This document shows, one piece after another, positions 1 to 10,419 of a DNA stretch of 64,000 nt. The notes beneath the pieces were generated by a model, which saw nothing but the letters and a program-made list of their open reading frames with translations, was not told where the DNA came from and ran no database searches. Position 1 is the first letter of the stretch. Each line of letters begins with the position of its first letter. Source of the DNA: Candidatus Helarchaeota archaeon (GTDB taxonomy: Archaea; Asgardarchaeota; Lokiarchaeia; Helarchaeales; RDOG01); contig JAHPZH010000009.1 of the NCBI GenBank assembly GCA_019058315.1, positions 128,001 to 192,000 of the forward strand. The letters are read 5' to 3'. The translations under genes were made by a program, and so were the position numbers.

Positions 1-333
1 AATAGTGTAAACATGACCTGGATTCTTAGAGCCTTTAGGTGCAACTAGTTCTGCAAAAAAAGCAGCATTATAGCCACTTCCCCCTCCTATTTCTAAAACT
101 TTTAATCCTTCTTCCATATTTAATTTCTCTGCATAAATAAAAGAAATGTGTGGTGCGGAAATTGTTTGCTTATGACCTATGCTAAGAGGTGTGTCGTTAT
201 AAGCATGATCAACTTGGGATTCGGGTAGAAATTTTTCACGAGGAACATTATTGAACGCTTCAATTACTCTATTCGAAACAGCAGTTTTTGAATGAAGATA
301 ACGGTCCAATAATCTTTTCTTTTTTTCTTCCAA
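1..333 (-). CDS. pcm: Protein-L-isoaspartate O-methyltransferase (5' part; runs off window start)
   Basis: Manual translation from TTG 333: MEEKKKRLL...VPREKFLP...AYNDTPLSIGHKQTISAPH...VLEIGGGSGYNAA; GAGGT upstream. Not in ORF track. Confidence 0.9.
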   Translation of the reverse strand, partial: MEEKKKRLLDRYLHSKTAVSNRVIEAFNNVPREKFLPESQVDHAYNDTPLSIGHKQTISAPHISFIYAEKLNMEEGLKVLEIGGGSGYNAAFFAELVAPKGSKNPGHVYTI

Positions 334-477
334 TTCAGCTCTACCTCGACTTTCTACCTCTTAAAAACATAACATTATGAGTTTAAAAAAAGATACGTTC
401 ACATGTATTGGATAAATACTAATTTATTTTTAAAAATTATAAAAGATTATCAAATTTTCTTAAATTAATTAGAGATT

Positions 478-915
478 TTGCGGTGGCGATTTTTGACTAT
501 AATTGAAGAGATTAAAGCATTAGGACACCAAAATATAATTGGAACGCATAAAACTACTTTTGAAATAACAAAAGAGAAAAATTTGACAAAAAGAGGAAAT
601 TGTATAATTGGAATATTGGCAAATAAAGGAATAGTAGATTTATCTCAAAGATTTAAGGATATAGCAAAGACAGACATAAAAATTAAATGCGTTCTAATTG
701 TAAAAGATATTAAAGAAGAAATTTTAGGCTACGGACATCGTTCACTCACATTTTCACATCCTACAGATATCGTAATCAGAAAGAGTAATTACAAATGCTC
801 TCGTACATTAATGATAGGAGCGAATAAGAGCGCAAGCGATTTGGATAGAAATTTTATCAAATTATTAAAAAATCCTGAAACTCAACTTAAAATTAAATTT
901 ATTATTAATAGTTAA
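478..915 (+). CDS. DUF371 family conserved archaeal protein
   Basis: GHQNI.GTHKTTFEITKE..LT.RGNCIIGI and VIRKS.Y...RTL motifs; true start probably a few codons downstream. Confidence 0.85.
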   Translation: MRWRFLTIIEEIKALGHQNIIGTHKTTFEITKEKNLTKRGNCIIGILANKGIVDLSQRFKDIAKTDIKIKCVLIVKDIKEEILGYGHRSLTFSHPTDIVIRKSNYKCSRTLMIGANKSASDLDRNFIKLLKNPETQLKIKFIINS

Positions 916-1985
916 ATCTTATCTATATCAATATCAATACAAATTTGCCATTCATGAGGGGCTGTAGATTTCACTTTTCTAAATTTTAAATTTGAGATTG
1001 TCCTTTTACTTTTTATAATATCAGTCCTTAATTTCGTTTCAATTTTTTTATTGGTATCTGATTCAGTCTGAAAATGATAGAAATGGATAATACCGCCTTT
1101 TGACTTCAAAGCTTTACAAGCTATTGGCAGATAATTAAAAGATTTTGTAGGAAGATTCATAATTATTCGATCAAATTTATTCTCTAGAGATTCTAAAATT
1201 ATCTTTTCTGCATCACCCAATATAGGAACTACAAGATTTTCTACTTTATTTAAAATGATATTCCTCTTAAGAAAATTTATTGCATCTTCATTTTTATCAA
1301 TGGAATAGACCTTTGCTCCTTTTCTTTTTGCTATTAAAATTGAAAATGGTCCAATTCCAGCAAACATATCAAGGATTAATTCATTTGAATTTGTCATATC
1401 CGCAATTCTAGCATGCTCTGTACCTAATCTAGGACTAAAATAGACTTTTTTTATATCTAATTCATAACGACATCCATTTTCTTTATGTAATGTTAATGTA
1501 TTATTGATTCCTGCTAGAAATTCTAATTCTCTTATTCTGAATTCTCCATTGACTTTTCCAATTTTTGCAAAAACAGATTCTAAAGATTTATTATATTCCA
1601 ATAATAATTTCGCTAGTAATTTCTCTTTAGATTGGATATCATTGGGTATTTCCAATATGGCGATTTTTCCAATAATATCGAATGATTTGGGAATAAATTT
1701 TAATTCATTTTGATCAAAATGTTTAGCCAAATTTTCTAAAAATTTGCTTTGCTCACTTTTTTCTCTTGATTTAAAATCATTTTCTATAAATTGTGCTGTA
1801 TTGAAGTTCTTTAATATATTAGATTTCTCAGTACTACCTAATTTTTTAAGAATAGGAAAGTGAATTTTATCTTCTTCAACTTTAATTATTTTACTCTTAT
1901 CTAATATTTCGAGTTCAATCAGAAGTTTTCTTAGTTTTTCCCCTTGTTTTTTATTTATACACACACAAGGTGACAAATTTCCCAT
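912..1985 (-). CDS. trm5: tRNA (guanine37-N1)-methyltransferase Trm5/Taw2 family
   Basis: SFDIIGKIAI, HKENGC, VYFSPRLGTEH, DMFAGIGPFSI, RIIMNLP. ORF-track start at 2042 lies inside the tRNA, so start moved to ATG 1985. Confidence 0.88.
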   Translation of the reverse strand: MGNLSPCVCINKKQGEKLRKLLIELEILDKSKIIKVEEDKIHFPILKKLGSTEKSNILKNFNTAQFIENDFKSREKSEQSKFLENLAKHFDQNELKFIPKSFDIIGKIAILEIPNDIQSKEKLLAKLLLEYNKSLESVFAKIGKVNGEFRIRELEFLAGINNTLTLHKENGCRYELDIKKVYFSPRLGTEHARIADMTNSNELILDMFAGIGPFSILIAKRKGAKVYSIDKNEDAINFLKRNIILNKVENLVVPILGDAEKIILESLENKFDRIIMNLPTKSFNYLPIACKALKSKGGIIHFYHFQTESDTNKKIETKLRTDIIKSKRTISNLKFRKVKSTAPHEWQICIDIDIDKI

Positions 1986-2008
1986 ATATGCACCATAAAG
2001 AATTAAGA

Positions 2009-2116
2009 TGGCGGACCCGGGGGGAATTTCGCCCAACTGCATATATCAATTGGGATTCGAACCCTCGATGTCCAACTTAGAAGGCTGGTGGTCTATCCTG
2101 GCTAACCTACGGGTCC
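2009..2116 (-). tRNA. tRNA-Arg(UCU) with 30-nt intron in the T-loop (59/60); CCA encoded
   Basis: Acceptor GGACCCG/CGGGTCC, anticodon arm CCAGC-CT TCT AA-GTTGG; T-arm GAGGG TTCGAA^T CCCCC after intron removal. Confidence 0.95.
2026..2055 (-). other. BHB intron of tRNA-Arg
   Basis: Outer helix GGG/CCC, central TTCG/CGAA, bulges AAT and ATT, inner stem CCCAATTG/CAGTTGGG. Confidence 0.93.
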
Positions 2117-2141
2117 TTGAATTCCATTATGCTATTCCATA

Positions 2142-2149
2142 ATATAAAA
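2142..2149 (-). promoter_or_regulatory. Probable TATA box of the tRNA-Arg(-trm5) unit
   Basis: TTTTATAT about 26-33 nt upstream of the tRNA 5' end; AT-rich background lowers specificity. Confidence 0.45.
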
Positions 2150-2231
2150 TTTCTGAATTAATTATTAGATAATATTAAATTAAAAATGATATTTTAAAAA
2201 TTCTAATATGGAAAAATTTAGATGATATTAC

Positions 2232-2891
2232 ATGAAACATGAGAAAATTTTACATGATGCAGCAAAAGATTTACAATTTTTATTAAATAGGGGATATAAT
2301 AAAAAAGGCGCTCTTAAATTGGTTGGAGATAGATATATTTTGAATAAAAATGAACGTCATATTTTATTTAGAGCAATTTTTTCTGAAAATGATATAAAAA
2401 ATAGGGAGAAAAAGAAATTATCACAAGATCAATTAAAAGATCAAATTCTTTCGATTGATGGCTACAATGTCTTAATTACTTTAGAAAATATGTTGAAGAA
2501 TAAGATTTTAATCATAGCAGCTGACGGTTTTTTTCGAGATGCTTCAAAAATTTCGAAAAGATATAAAAAATCAGAAAAAACTGATTTAGCCATTAAATTA
2601 ATATTTGAAAAATTAGTAAATTTAGCCCCAAAATATATTTATATTTTCTTTGATAAGCCAATTAGTAAAAGTGGCGAACTTACAGCATTGATAAATGAAA
2701 AGATTTCCGAATTTAAATTAAAAGGAATTGCCAAGGCTGTAAATAGTCCAGACCATGAAATATTAAAACAAGGAGAGACTGTAATTAGCGCAGATAGCTT
2801 AATCTTAGATAAAGGAAAAACAATTTTTGATTTAGCTGGTTCAATTATCAAAGAGCAAGCATATCAAAATATCATTTCATTCTTACAATGA
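2232..2891 (+). CDS. DUF434 domain protein (PIN-like C-terminus)
   Basis: AAKDLQFLLNRGY..KGALKLVGDRY, IDGYNVLIT, DGFFRD, FDKPISKSGEL. Confidence 0.85.
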   Translation: MKHEKILHDAAKDLQFLLNRGYNKKGALKLVGDRYILNKNERHILFRAIFSENDIKNREKKKLSQDQLKDQILSIDGYNVLITLENMLKNKILIIAADGFFRDASKISKRYKKSEKTDLAIKLIFEKLVNLAPKYIYIFFDKPISKSGELTALINEKISEFKLKGIAKAVNSPDHEILKQGETVISADSLILDKGKTIFDLAGSIIKEQAYQNIISFLQ

Positions 2892-2945
2892 AGTAAAAGA
2901 TATAACTTCAATAACCATAAAATAAATATTTTTAAAAGAAATTAT

Positions 2946-4031
2946 TTGAATAAAGAAAGTTTGGTTATTTCATTGGATAAATTAAAGAAGTATAATAAAT
3001 ATGGTATAGAAATTATATCTATTCTAAAATTAAGAAATAAATTTGTTCAACAATGCATCCAAGATTTTCAAATTTCTAAAACAGGGATAGTTTGGAGTTC
3101 TCTAATAGCACCTTCATTAATAATAAGTTTAATTCTAAGCAGAGAATTCGAACAAAATGAAAAAAAGAGAATTTATGCAAATTGTCTAGTTGATTTATGC
3201 CATTTATTCTTTGCCTTAGAAGATAGAATTAGAGACCAACAAGTAACAAAACAAAATGAAATTGAAAGATATGAAAACACAAAAAGGGTTTTTAAATGCA
3301 CATTTAGAAAAATTTTAAATAATTCATATTCAGAAGATCTAATTTCGGAAAAAATGAGAAATTTCTTTGAACCTTTCTTGGATAATTTAAATCGTTATGC
3401 CGAACGGGTAGTTTATCCTAAAGATGAATCAGTTAAAGTTGAAAATCTCATTGATAGGATTGTAACTGAAAAAATTTCTGGCCTATTTACTAGCAATGAC
3501 ATTATTGAAGTTCATAAAACAAAATTCGGAAATTTTTTTCGTGGTATGGGATATTTTCTCTATAAATTTTATGAGTTGAATTTTAAAAACAAAAAAGCTT
3601 ACTTTGACTTATTCTTTTATATTGGAATGCTTGCACAATTGGTAGATGATTTAAGAGATTTATTTTGGCAAGATATCGAGATTGAACAGCCAAACATTGT
3701 AATGGCTTTAGTTTTGCATGAAAACTGGAATACTGAAGGACCAAAATTCATTAACCTTATAAAAAATAAAAATAATCAAAATTACAATTTAATTAACGAA
3801 TTAGAAAATAACATAAAAAAAGTAAGAAAAGGAGAAATTAGTATATTTGATTTTTATGGATTGATATTTCCAAATACTTATCAATCCATAACAAAAATTG
3901 TGCAGAATATCAAAGAGAATATTAAATCTAGCCTTAAATCATTAGATATAAAAATAATTAACGCTGAAGAAATTGTCGAGATTTATGGATTTATTATTGC
4001 ATATATTAAAAATATGATGGTAAAAAAATAA
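2946..4031 (+). CDS. Hypothetical protein, possible isoprenoid-synthase (class I) fold
   Basis: GMLAQLVDDLRD (DDxxD) and upstream LEDRIRD acidic motif. Confidence 0.4.
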   Translation: MNKESLVISLDKLKKYNKYGIEIISILKLRNKFVQQCIQDFQISKTGIVWSSLIAPSLIISLILSREFEQNEKKRIYANCLVDLCHLFFALEDRIRDQQVTKQNEIERYENTKRVFKCTFRKILNNSYSEDLISEKMRNFFEPFLDNLNRYAERVVYPKDESVKVENLIDRIVTEKISGLFTSNDIIEVHKTKFGNFFRGMGYFLYKFYELNFKNKKAYFDLFFYIGMLAQLVDDLRDLFWQDIEIEQPNIVMALVLHENWNTEGPKFINLIKNKNNQNYNLINELENNIKKVRKGEISIFDFYGLIFPNTYQSITKIVQNIKENIKSSLKSLDIKIINAEEIVEIYGFIIAYIKNMMVKK

Positions 4032-4032
4032 T

Positions 4033-6828
4033 TTAAGAATTAATTTGTTTTTTTATAATTTCTAAACATTTATTTCGTATCTTTTGAACATTTTCCAAGG
4101 GCATTCCTCCGCCTTGTGCCATTTCTACTTTTCCTCCACCTCCCCCGCCTAAAATTTTTGCTAATTCTTTCATTATTTTCCCAGCATGAATTCCTGTTGA
4201 TTGAGCTTTGGATCCAGCAATTATTAAAGTATTAACTTTTTCATTTAGAGTGGTAACCAAAATTCCAATAATATCATTACTTATTGAAATCAATGCATTC
4301 CCAATTTCAATTAAATCATCTACAGTTTTGTTATCAAAGACTTTGTGAACTATTTTAATTCCTTTATATGAATCGGCACTATTAAATAGTTGCTCGGCGA
4401 GTAATAAAGATAATTCTTTTCTCAAACGCTCGCTTTCTTTTAATGCATCCTTCCAATCATTAAAGAAACGTTTTGTTACTGATGGTACTTCTTTCTTCCC
4501 TATATTAAACATTTGAGCTGTTTGTTCTAATATTTTTTCTAATTCTTGATTATATTTAACTGCTGCTTTTCCAGCCATATATTCTAGACGCACTATTCCG
4601 TCTTGAATTCTTTTTGAGCCAATCATTTTGATGGATCCAACTTCATTAGTGTTATCAAGATGTGTTCCTCCGCAAGCTTCAACATCAAAATCACCTATAT
4701 TAACTATTTTTAAGTTTTTACCGGGAACTGCTCCTCCTTGATAGATAGTGAAGCCAAAGCTCGATTCTGCTTGATTTCTAGGCATTTGCTCTTTGTGTAA
4801 ATCAATATTTTTCAGAACTAAATCATTCGCAACTTTTTCAATTTCCCATAATTCTTCCTTACTAACAGCTTTATAATGAGAAATATCCAGATGTGCTCGT
4901 TCAGGAGTTTTTTCCGTTCCTCCTTGCCACACATGGTTTCCTAAAACTTGTCTTGCTGCATAATTTACAATATGTGTTGCTGTATGATGACGCATTAAAG
5001 CAATTCGCCTATCCCAATCGATTTTTCCACTAATTTTTTGACCGATTATTAAAGAAGAATTTTTACTTTTTAATTCATGAACAATTACATTTCCGACTTT
5101 TTCGACATTTTTTACAACCTCATCTTCTATTATACCAGTATCATGAAGTTGACCTCCACTAGTCGGATAAAATAAAGTCTTATCTAAAACTACGTATTTA
5201 TCATTGACGATTTTAAGAATCTTTGCATTAAAATCTGAATTATAAGAGCCTTGATCATATAATTGAATTGTTGCTGGTAAATTATCAAATTTTCCTTTAA
5301 GTTTATCCTCTAAAGTTTCAATTTTTGATACTATTTCGGATTTAACTCGTTTTTCACCCAGTGTTACATAAAAATCACCTGGCACATCAACCTTAAGCTT
5401 TTGTTCTTGAGCGATTTCTTGAACTAATTCAGGTGGTATTCCGTGAGATTCATATAACTCAATAAATTTATCTATTCCAATCTTTTTCTTTTCTTTTAAA
5501 AGCTTTGTAACATAATTTACTCCTTTTCTTCTTGATTCTTGGAATCTATCTTGTTCTACTTTAATTATATCTTCGATAATGTTATTTGCACTTTCTAAAC
5601 GGTCGTAAGTTCGATTAAAATATTCAATTAACTCATAACCTAATTCAATTAAGTCTAAATTTAAATTGTAAATTTTATTCAGACTTATAGCACGTCTTAA
5701 AATAATCCGAAGATTGTAGCCACCACCTACATTAGATGGAAATGCACCATCTGCTACTGCAAATATAAGAGTACGCATATGATCTGTTATAGCATAAGCA
5801 GCTTCAAGAGGACCTAACTGAGATTCTATCTCATTATATGATAAACCTAATTCTGAAGCTACTTTTTTCCGGGCTTTTTCAATATCTTCTACTTCATCTA
5901 CATTAAGTAGCCCAGATATTACAGCGTAACGCGACATTAACTCCTTATCAACTTTAATATCCGACTTTTTTCTTACATTTTCAAAAACTGGCCCAAATGT
6001 CGCTTCATAAATAGTTGGGGTGCCTAAAGCAAACCAACCTATTCGTTCCATTCCCCAACCAACATCTACAACTGTCATATCCATTTGCCGATAACTTTGA
6101 TCAGGAAGAACTTCATACTGCATAAAAACACTGTTTACAATCTCTAATCCTTTGGCAAAAGATTCTAAACAAGGTCCAAAATTTCCTCCGCCTAACCATA
6201 TATCTTCACGAAGTGTAATTTCCATCGGATCAATTTTTAAAACATCTGTCAGAAATTTAAAATCCAGTTCAATGCACCTATCCATCCAATATCCTTTTAA
6301 TTTCAATTTTTTATTATTAAACGAATGTTGTCCTCCCATAATAAAAGAAGTAAGGTGGCGGCCTGTTTTTCCTACATTATCAATGTCATTGAATCCTTTT
6401 CCTCCAAATCTTATACATGGTTGAGGAATGACTAAAGGATTAGCAGGAGGCAGAATCGTACCATTCAATACGTGAGGTTGAAAACAAGTGATGGAAGCAA
6501 GCGTGAAAAAAAGATCATTTCTCCATCGGGCTACAACAGGATATTCTTTAATTCTTTTATGATCATATTTTACAAAAAATTCCGACCATTTTTTTATTGT
6601 ATCATGAAAATCCCATGCTCCTTTAACGGATTTTCCAATGAATTGATAACCTCCTACACACTTGGTATCCCCACAAATCTCTAAATCAGTATTCAAAGTC
6701 CAAAAATAATCTCCACAAATTTTACACTGTTTTCTCTGAAAACCTAATTCATCGAATAGCATAACTTTATACTTTTCGGGACCAAATATTTCTCTTAGCT
6801 TATTTTTATCCAACGACATTGAAATCAT
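4033..6828 (-). CDS. alaS: Alanine--tRNA ligase (archaeal type)
   Basis: YPVVARWR, QPCIR, NDIDNVGKTGRHLT, VDVGWGMER, editing motifs HHTATH and CGGTH, C-Ala GGGGG. Confidence 0.98.
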   Translation of the reverse strand: MISMSLDKNKLREIFGPEKYKVMLFDELGFQRKQCKICGDYFWTLNTDLEICGDTKCVGGYQFIGKSVKGAWDFHDTIKKWSEFFVKYDHKRIKEYPVVARWRNDLFFTLASITCFQPHVLNGTILPPANPLVIPQPCIRFGGKGFNDIDNVGKTGRHLTSFIMGGQHSFNNKKLKLKGYWMDRCIELDFKFLTDVLKIDPMEITLREDIWLGGGNFGPCLESFAKGLEIVNSVFMQYEVLPDQSYRQMDMTVVDVGWGMERIGWFALGTPTIYEATFGPVFENVRKKSDIKVDKELMSRYAVISGLLNVDEVEDIEKARKKVASELGLSYNEIESQLGPLEAAYAITDHMRTLIFAVADGAFPSNVGGGYNLRIILRRAISLNKIYNLNLDLIELGYELIEYFNRTYDRLESANNIIEDIIKVEQDRFQESRRKGVNYVTKLLKEKKKIGIDKFIELYESHGIPPELVQEIAQEQKLKVDVPGDFYVTLGEKRVKSEIVSKIETLEDKLKGKFDNLPATIQLYDQGSYNSDFNAKILKIVNDKYVVLDKTLFYPTSGGQLHDTGIIEDEVVKNVEKVGNVIVHELKSKNSSLIIGQKISGKIDWDRRIALMRHHTATHIVNYAARQVLGNHVWQGGTEKTPERAHLDISHYKAVSKEELWEIEKVANDLVLKNIDLHKEQMPRNQAESSFGFTIYQGGAVPGKNLKIVNIGDFDVEACGGTHLDNTNEVGSIKMIGSKRIQDGIVRLEYMAGKAAVKYNQELEKILEQTAQMFNIGKKEVPSVTKRFFNDWKDALKESERLRKELSLLLAEQLFNSADSYKGIKIVHKVFDNKTVDDLIEIGNALISISNDIIGILVTTLNEKVNTLIIAGSKAQSTGIHAGKIMKELAKILGGGGGGKVEMAQGGGMPLENVQKIRNKCLEIIKKQINS

Positions 6829-7076
6829 AACTCTAATATTTTTAAATCAAATAAAAGTAAATTCACAAATAATTAGATCATTCTTACTATATTCTAATTT
6901 AATAACTACGTTATATTTATTTAATTAACTGATTAATCTAAATATTTTCTTTAATGATTTACACATAAGCAATAATTTTTGTAATTATTAAATCGTTTTT
7001 TATGTAACAATTTCTTTTTATTTGGTAAAAGGATAATAATTTGATTAAAAAATTTGTTTTGGAGGACCTTAACCCA

Positions 7077-7763
7077 ATGAGGATTGTAATTAAAGTTGGT
7101 GGATCTCTAATCCAAGATAAAAATGGAAAAATTCGAATTAAATATTTAAAGGAATTAGTGAAAATTTTAAAAAAAATCAAGGAAAATAATGAAATAGCAA
7201 TAATTGTTGGAGGAGGAAAGAGTGCACGAATTTATATCACTGCCGCAAGAGAATTGGGTGCACCAGAAGCACTTTCTGATGAAATAGGTATCGAAATTGC
7301 TAAAATTCATGCCAGACTCTTAATTTCGGCATTAGGTGAGGTAGCTTACCCTAAAACATTCGAATCGCTTTCTGAGGCTGTTTCTGCATTTCAAAGTGGT
7401 AAAATTATTATATTAGGAGGATTACAACCTGGTCAATCCACTAATGCAGTTGCGAGTTTACTAGCTGAACGATTAAATGCTGATTTATTAATTAATGCAA
7501 CTGATGTGGCTGGAGTTTATACAGCGGACCCCAAAAAAGATCCATCAGCTAAAAAAATTGATGAATTAAATATTTCAGATTTTACAAAAATGGTTAGATT
7601 AGAAAAAGCTAAAGCGGGGGAATATTCTTTATTCGATTATGTTGCTTATTTAATTATAAAAAGATCAAAAGTTCCTATTATTTTCATTTCTGGAGAAGAT
7701 CCAAAAAATATTTTAAAAATTGTCAATGGTGAAAAATTAGGAACAAAAATAGTTTATGATTAA
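7077..7763 (+). CDS. pyrH: Uridylate kinase
   Basis: MRIVIKVGGS, VGGGKSARIYI, GGLQPGQSTNAVA, TDVAGVYTADP. Confidence 0.95.
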   Translation: MRIVIKVGGSLIQDKNGKIRIKYLKELVKILKKIKENNEIAIIVGGGKSARIYITAARELGAPEALSDEIGIEIAKIHARLLISALGEVAYPKTFESLSEAVSAFQSGKIIILGGLQPGQSTNAVASLLAERLNADLLINATDVAGVYTADPKKDPSAKKIDELNISDFTKMVRLEKAKAGEYSLFDYVAYLIIKRSKVPIIFISGEDPKNILKIVNGEKLGTKIVYD

Positions 7764-8043
7764 TAAGGTGTTTGAAATTCAAGAAAAGAAAAAATCAGGA
7801 GAAATTAGTACTACAAAAAAACAAAAATGGATAAAAAAATGGGAACCGCACAAACATTGTTCTGTGTGTGGTGTCGCAATCGCGATGGATAAAGAAGATT
7901 TTTGCTCTTCTAAATGTAGTGGGGAATATCAAGAATGGAAACTCGAGCAAGAAAAGAAAAATAAAAGAAATAGTATTATGATGTTCGTTTTAATGGGTGT
8001 CATGCTCGTTGTAATGTTAATGGTTACAATGTTTAGTAGATAA
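7756..8043 (+). CDS. DUF2116 Zn-ribbon protein with C-terminal TM
   Basis: PHKHCSVCG...FCSSKC plus hydrophobic tail; usual pyrH neighbour. Confidence 0.8.
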   Translation: MINKVFEIQEKKKSGEISTTKKQKWIKKWEPHKHCSVCGVAIAMDKEDFCSSKCSGEYQEWKLEQEKKNKRNSIMMFVLMGVMLVVMLMVTMFSR

Positions 8044-8070
8044 ACGTAAGTTAAAATATATTGTAAAATT

Positions 8071-8355
8071 TTATTTTTTAAATTCCTTTTCAATTGCCTC
8101 AAAAGCTTTGATTATAGCGTTATCAGCTAATTTTTCAACAACTGAGGTGGATAAAGAGGGAATTTCAAGTTCTAAATCTATTTCTATGTTACAAATATTA
8201 TTCTCAATATTAACCTCAATTGTGCTTTCAAGAATTGTGACTTTTGATTTCTTAATTTTTGAAAAAATAAATTCTTTTATTTTAAAATCAGCAATCTCGG
8301 ATATTCTTATTATTTCTTCTTCATTTAAATTGGAAATACCAATTTCATTAATCAT
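8071..8355 (-). CDS. DUF3194-like protein
   Basis: Sequence pattern and position downstream of prefoldin beta. Confidence 0.65.
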   Translation of the reverse strand: MINEIGISNLNEEEIIRISEIADFKIKEFIFSKIKKSKVTILESTIEVNIENNICNIEIDLELEIPSLSTSVVEKLADNAIIKAFEAIEKEFKK

Positions 8356-8402
8356 TTGACATCTAATGTATTGGACTTTAAGAAAAAATAGTATATATTC
8401 AA

Positions 8403-8798
8403 CTACATTGGACCAAGATTTCCAAGATCTGATGTAGTTCCTGGTCTTTGTAAAGCACTTTGAATTTTAGTCCTAGCTTCTTCGAATTGTTTCCTTGTAC
8501 GCTCTTCTTGTCTTTGTATTGTCTTAAGTCTCATCTCTAACGTATCTTTTTTATCAATTAGTTCTTCTTTCACTTTATCTTTTTGGGATTTTACTAAAAT
8601 TGAACCAACGTTTTTATATACAACTGAATCTTCATCTAATTTTTCTAATTCTGATAAGGCTTTTTCCGCCTCTTTCATTCTAATTTCCATTTGACTTTTC
8701 TGAGCAACCAGCATTTCTAATCGTTGTTGGAGTTGCTGAAGTTGCATAATTTGATGTTGTAATTGTGGTGGTATTTCTTGCATCTCTATTTTCTCCAT
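8403..8798 (-). CDS. pfdB: Prefoldin beta subunit
   Basis: IPPQLQ..., VYKNVGSILVK hairpin, flanking coiled coils. Confidence 0.93.
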   Translation of the reverse strand: MEKIEMQEIPPQLQHQIMQLQQLQQRLEMLVAQKSQMEIRMKEAEKALSELEKLDEDSVVYKNVGSILVKSQKDKVKEELIDKKDTLEMRLKTIQRQEERTRKQFEEARTKIQSALQRPGTTSDLGNLGPM

Positions 8799-9019
8799 TT
8801 GGTATTTATTTTTATTTCCTCATTTCTTTTATCATTCAAGAGGAATTTTGTAAAAATATAGACTTAATAATAAGATAATATTTTTCTTTATTAAATTTAT
8901 TTTAAATTAGATTATTACTTTTTAAATTAAAGAGAATATCTTGACGCAATATTCACCATTTAAGAGAAATTTTTCCTATTTTATCAGAATATATAATTTT
9001 TTAAAATTTAAAAAAGGAG

Positions 9020-9271
9020 TTATTTTGTTATTTCGACAATACCTTCAATAATTTTAATCCAATTAATGTATGAATTTAGGGTTGCACGAAACGCTGTTGT
9101 ATCTTTTGCATCAATTGAAATTTTTAATTTATTACCCATTAACATTAATTTTGTACTAGATCTATAACTAAACGACTCATCACTTTCAGGATTAAGGGAG
9201 TTAAAGTATATTTGGGCAATTTTTTCATTAAAAAAATCGAAAATAATTTCACTACAAATTTTTTTTACCAA
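9020..9271 (-). CDS. pcc1: KEOPS complex subunit Pcc1
   Basis: SLNPE...YRS...IDAKDTTAFRATLNSYINW; superoperon position. Confidence 0.88.
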   Translation of the reverse strand: MVKKICSEIIFDFFNEKIAQIYFNSLNPESDESFSYRSSTKLMLMGNKLKISIDAKDTTAFRATLNSYINWIKIIEGIVEITK

Positions 9272-9291
9272 CTTTTCACCGTAGAGTCTTA

Positions 9292-9561
9292 TTAAACTTG
9301 AGATCTAACACGTTTAATTGTTCTAAAAGCCTTTTTTCCTTCATCAGTCATAGGTATCCAAGCTCCACCAGAAAAAACTATTTTACATTTTTTACAACGC
9401 CAGATTCCTATTGATATCCGCTTCACGGATTTTGTTCTACATTGAGGACATTTATGAGGTGCTTTCATCCTTTCTTCGACTTTTTTTACTCTTTTCCGAA
9501 CAATAGCACCATATCTTGGACCAAATCTTCCTGTAATTCCGACTTTTTTCGTTCTTCCCAA
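9292..9561 (-). CDS. rpl37ae: 50S ribosomal protein L37Ae (eL43)
   Basis: GRTKKVGITGRFGPRYG, CPQC...GIWRCKKC. Confidence 0.97.
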   Translation of the reverse strand: MGRTKKVGITGRFGPRYGAIVRKRVKKVEERMKAPHKCPQCRTKSVKRISIGIWRCKKCKIVFSGGAWIPMTDEGKKAFRTIKRVRSQV

Positions 9562-9606
9562 TTTTATCACTTATTGAATTTGAAGGAAATTTTCACTTAA
9601 TTAATT

Positions 9607-10419
9607 TTAGGGTAGGTATTGAAATAATTCTTTCGATTTTTCTAATGTAATCTCAACACATTTTATAATTTCGTCTTTAGTAAAAATACCTTCTCTACCT
9701 TTTTGTATGCTACAAATATTTCCAGATTCATCTACTGTAATTGTAATGCGTGCATCCATTATGCGATCCTCTTGTTCATTTGGATCAACCAGCAATTTAT
9801 CTCCTATCTTTGCTATTGTAACTGAAACTGCTTTATTGGAAAATGGGAGGGATAACCAATCTGCTTTTTTGTATTGTTCACCTAAAACTTCCACTTTATT
9901 ATCAACAATCTCAGTCCTTGGCATTTTTGCAGAAAGTAAAGCTGCCACTCCTGCTAATGTTCCCGCATCAAACATATTTCCATCATAAGATAAAACATAT
10001 AAATCAATAAAAATGATAAAAACTTGTTCGCCAGGAATTAAGCATAATTTAGAATAATCTACTATTTCTGAATGACGAATTCCTCTGTCAACTACACGTG
10101 CAACCTCAACAGAATCTTCATTTGGTGGTCCTGGTTCGAATATAGGGGATGCAAGAGCTGTAAGCTCGGCATTAACAGTGATTACTCCCCTATCAGGAGT
10201 ATCTGGAAATGGAGGTCCAAGTGAAATCTTTACACCTGCAATAATATCTGTATTTCCAATTTTAACACGTGCTGACCCCTCAGCTTTTAGTATTACATCT
10301 GTCTCTACAGATATTTTTCGATAATCTAAAAAATTCCTTCCGTCTATTCTCTGATCCTTTTTTACTAGAGAATTTATATGAGATTTTTCAATTTCAGAAA
10401 TAATTTTAAAAGATTCCAT
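9607..10419 (-). CDS. rrp42: Exosome complex component Rrp42
   Basis: RIDGR..LDYR, AEGSARV, PFPDTPDRG, FEPGPP, ARVVDRGIR. Confidence 0.96.
   Translation of the reverse strand: MESFKIISEIEKSHINSLVKKDQRIDGRNFLDYRKISVETDVILKAEGSARVKIGNTDIIAGVKISLGPPFPDTPDRGVITVNAELTALASPIFEPGPPNEDSVEVARVVDRGIRHSEIVDYSKLCLIPGEQVFIIFIDLYVLSYDGNMFDAGTLAGVAALLSAKMPRTEIVDNKVEVLGEQYKKADWLSLPFSNKAVSVTIAKIGDKLLVDPNEQEDRIMDARITITVDESGNICSIQKGREGIFTKDEIIKCVEITLEKSKELFQYLP

Noticed and set aside
1986-2042. N-terminal extension of Trm5 in the ORF track
   Set aside because: It is a translation of the tRNA-Arg 3' half and intron.
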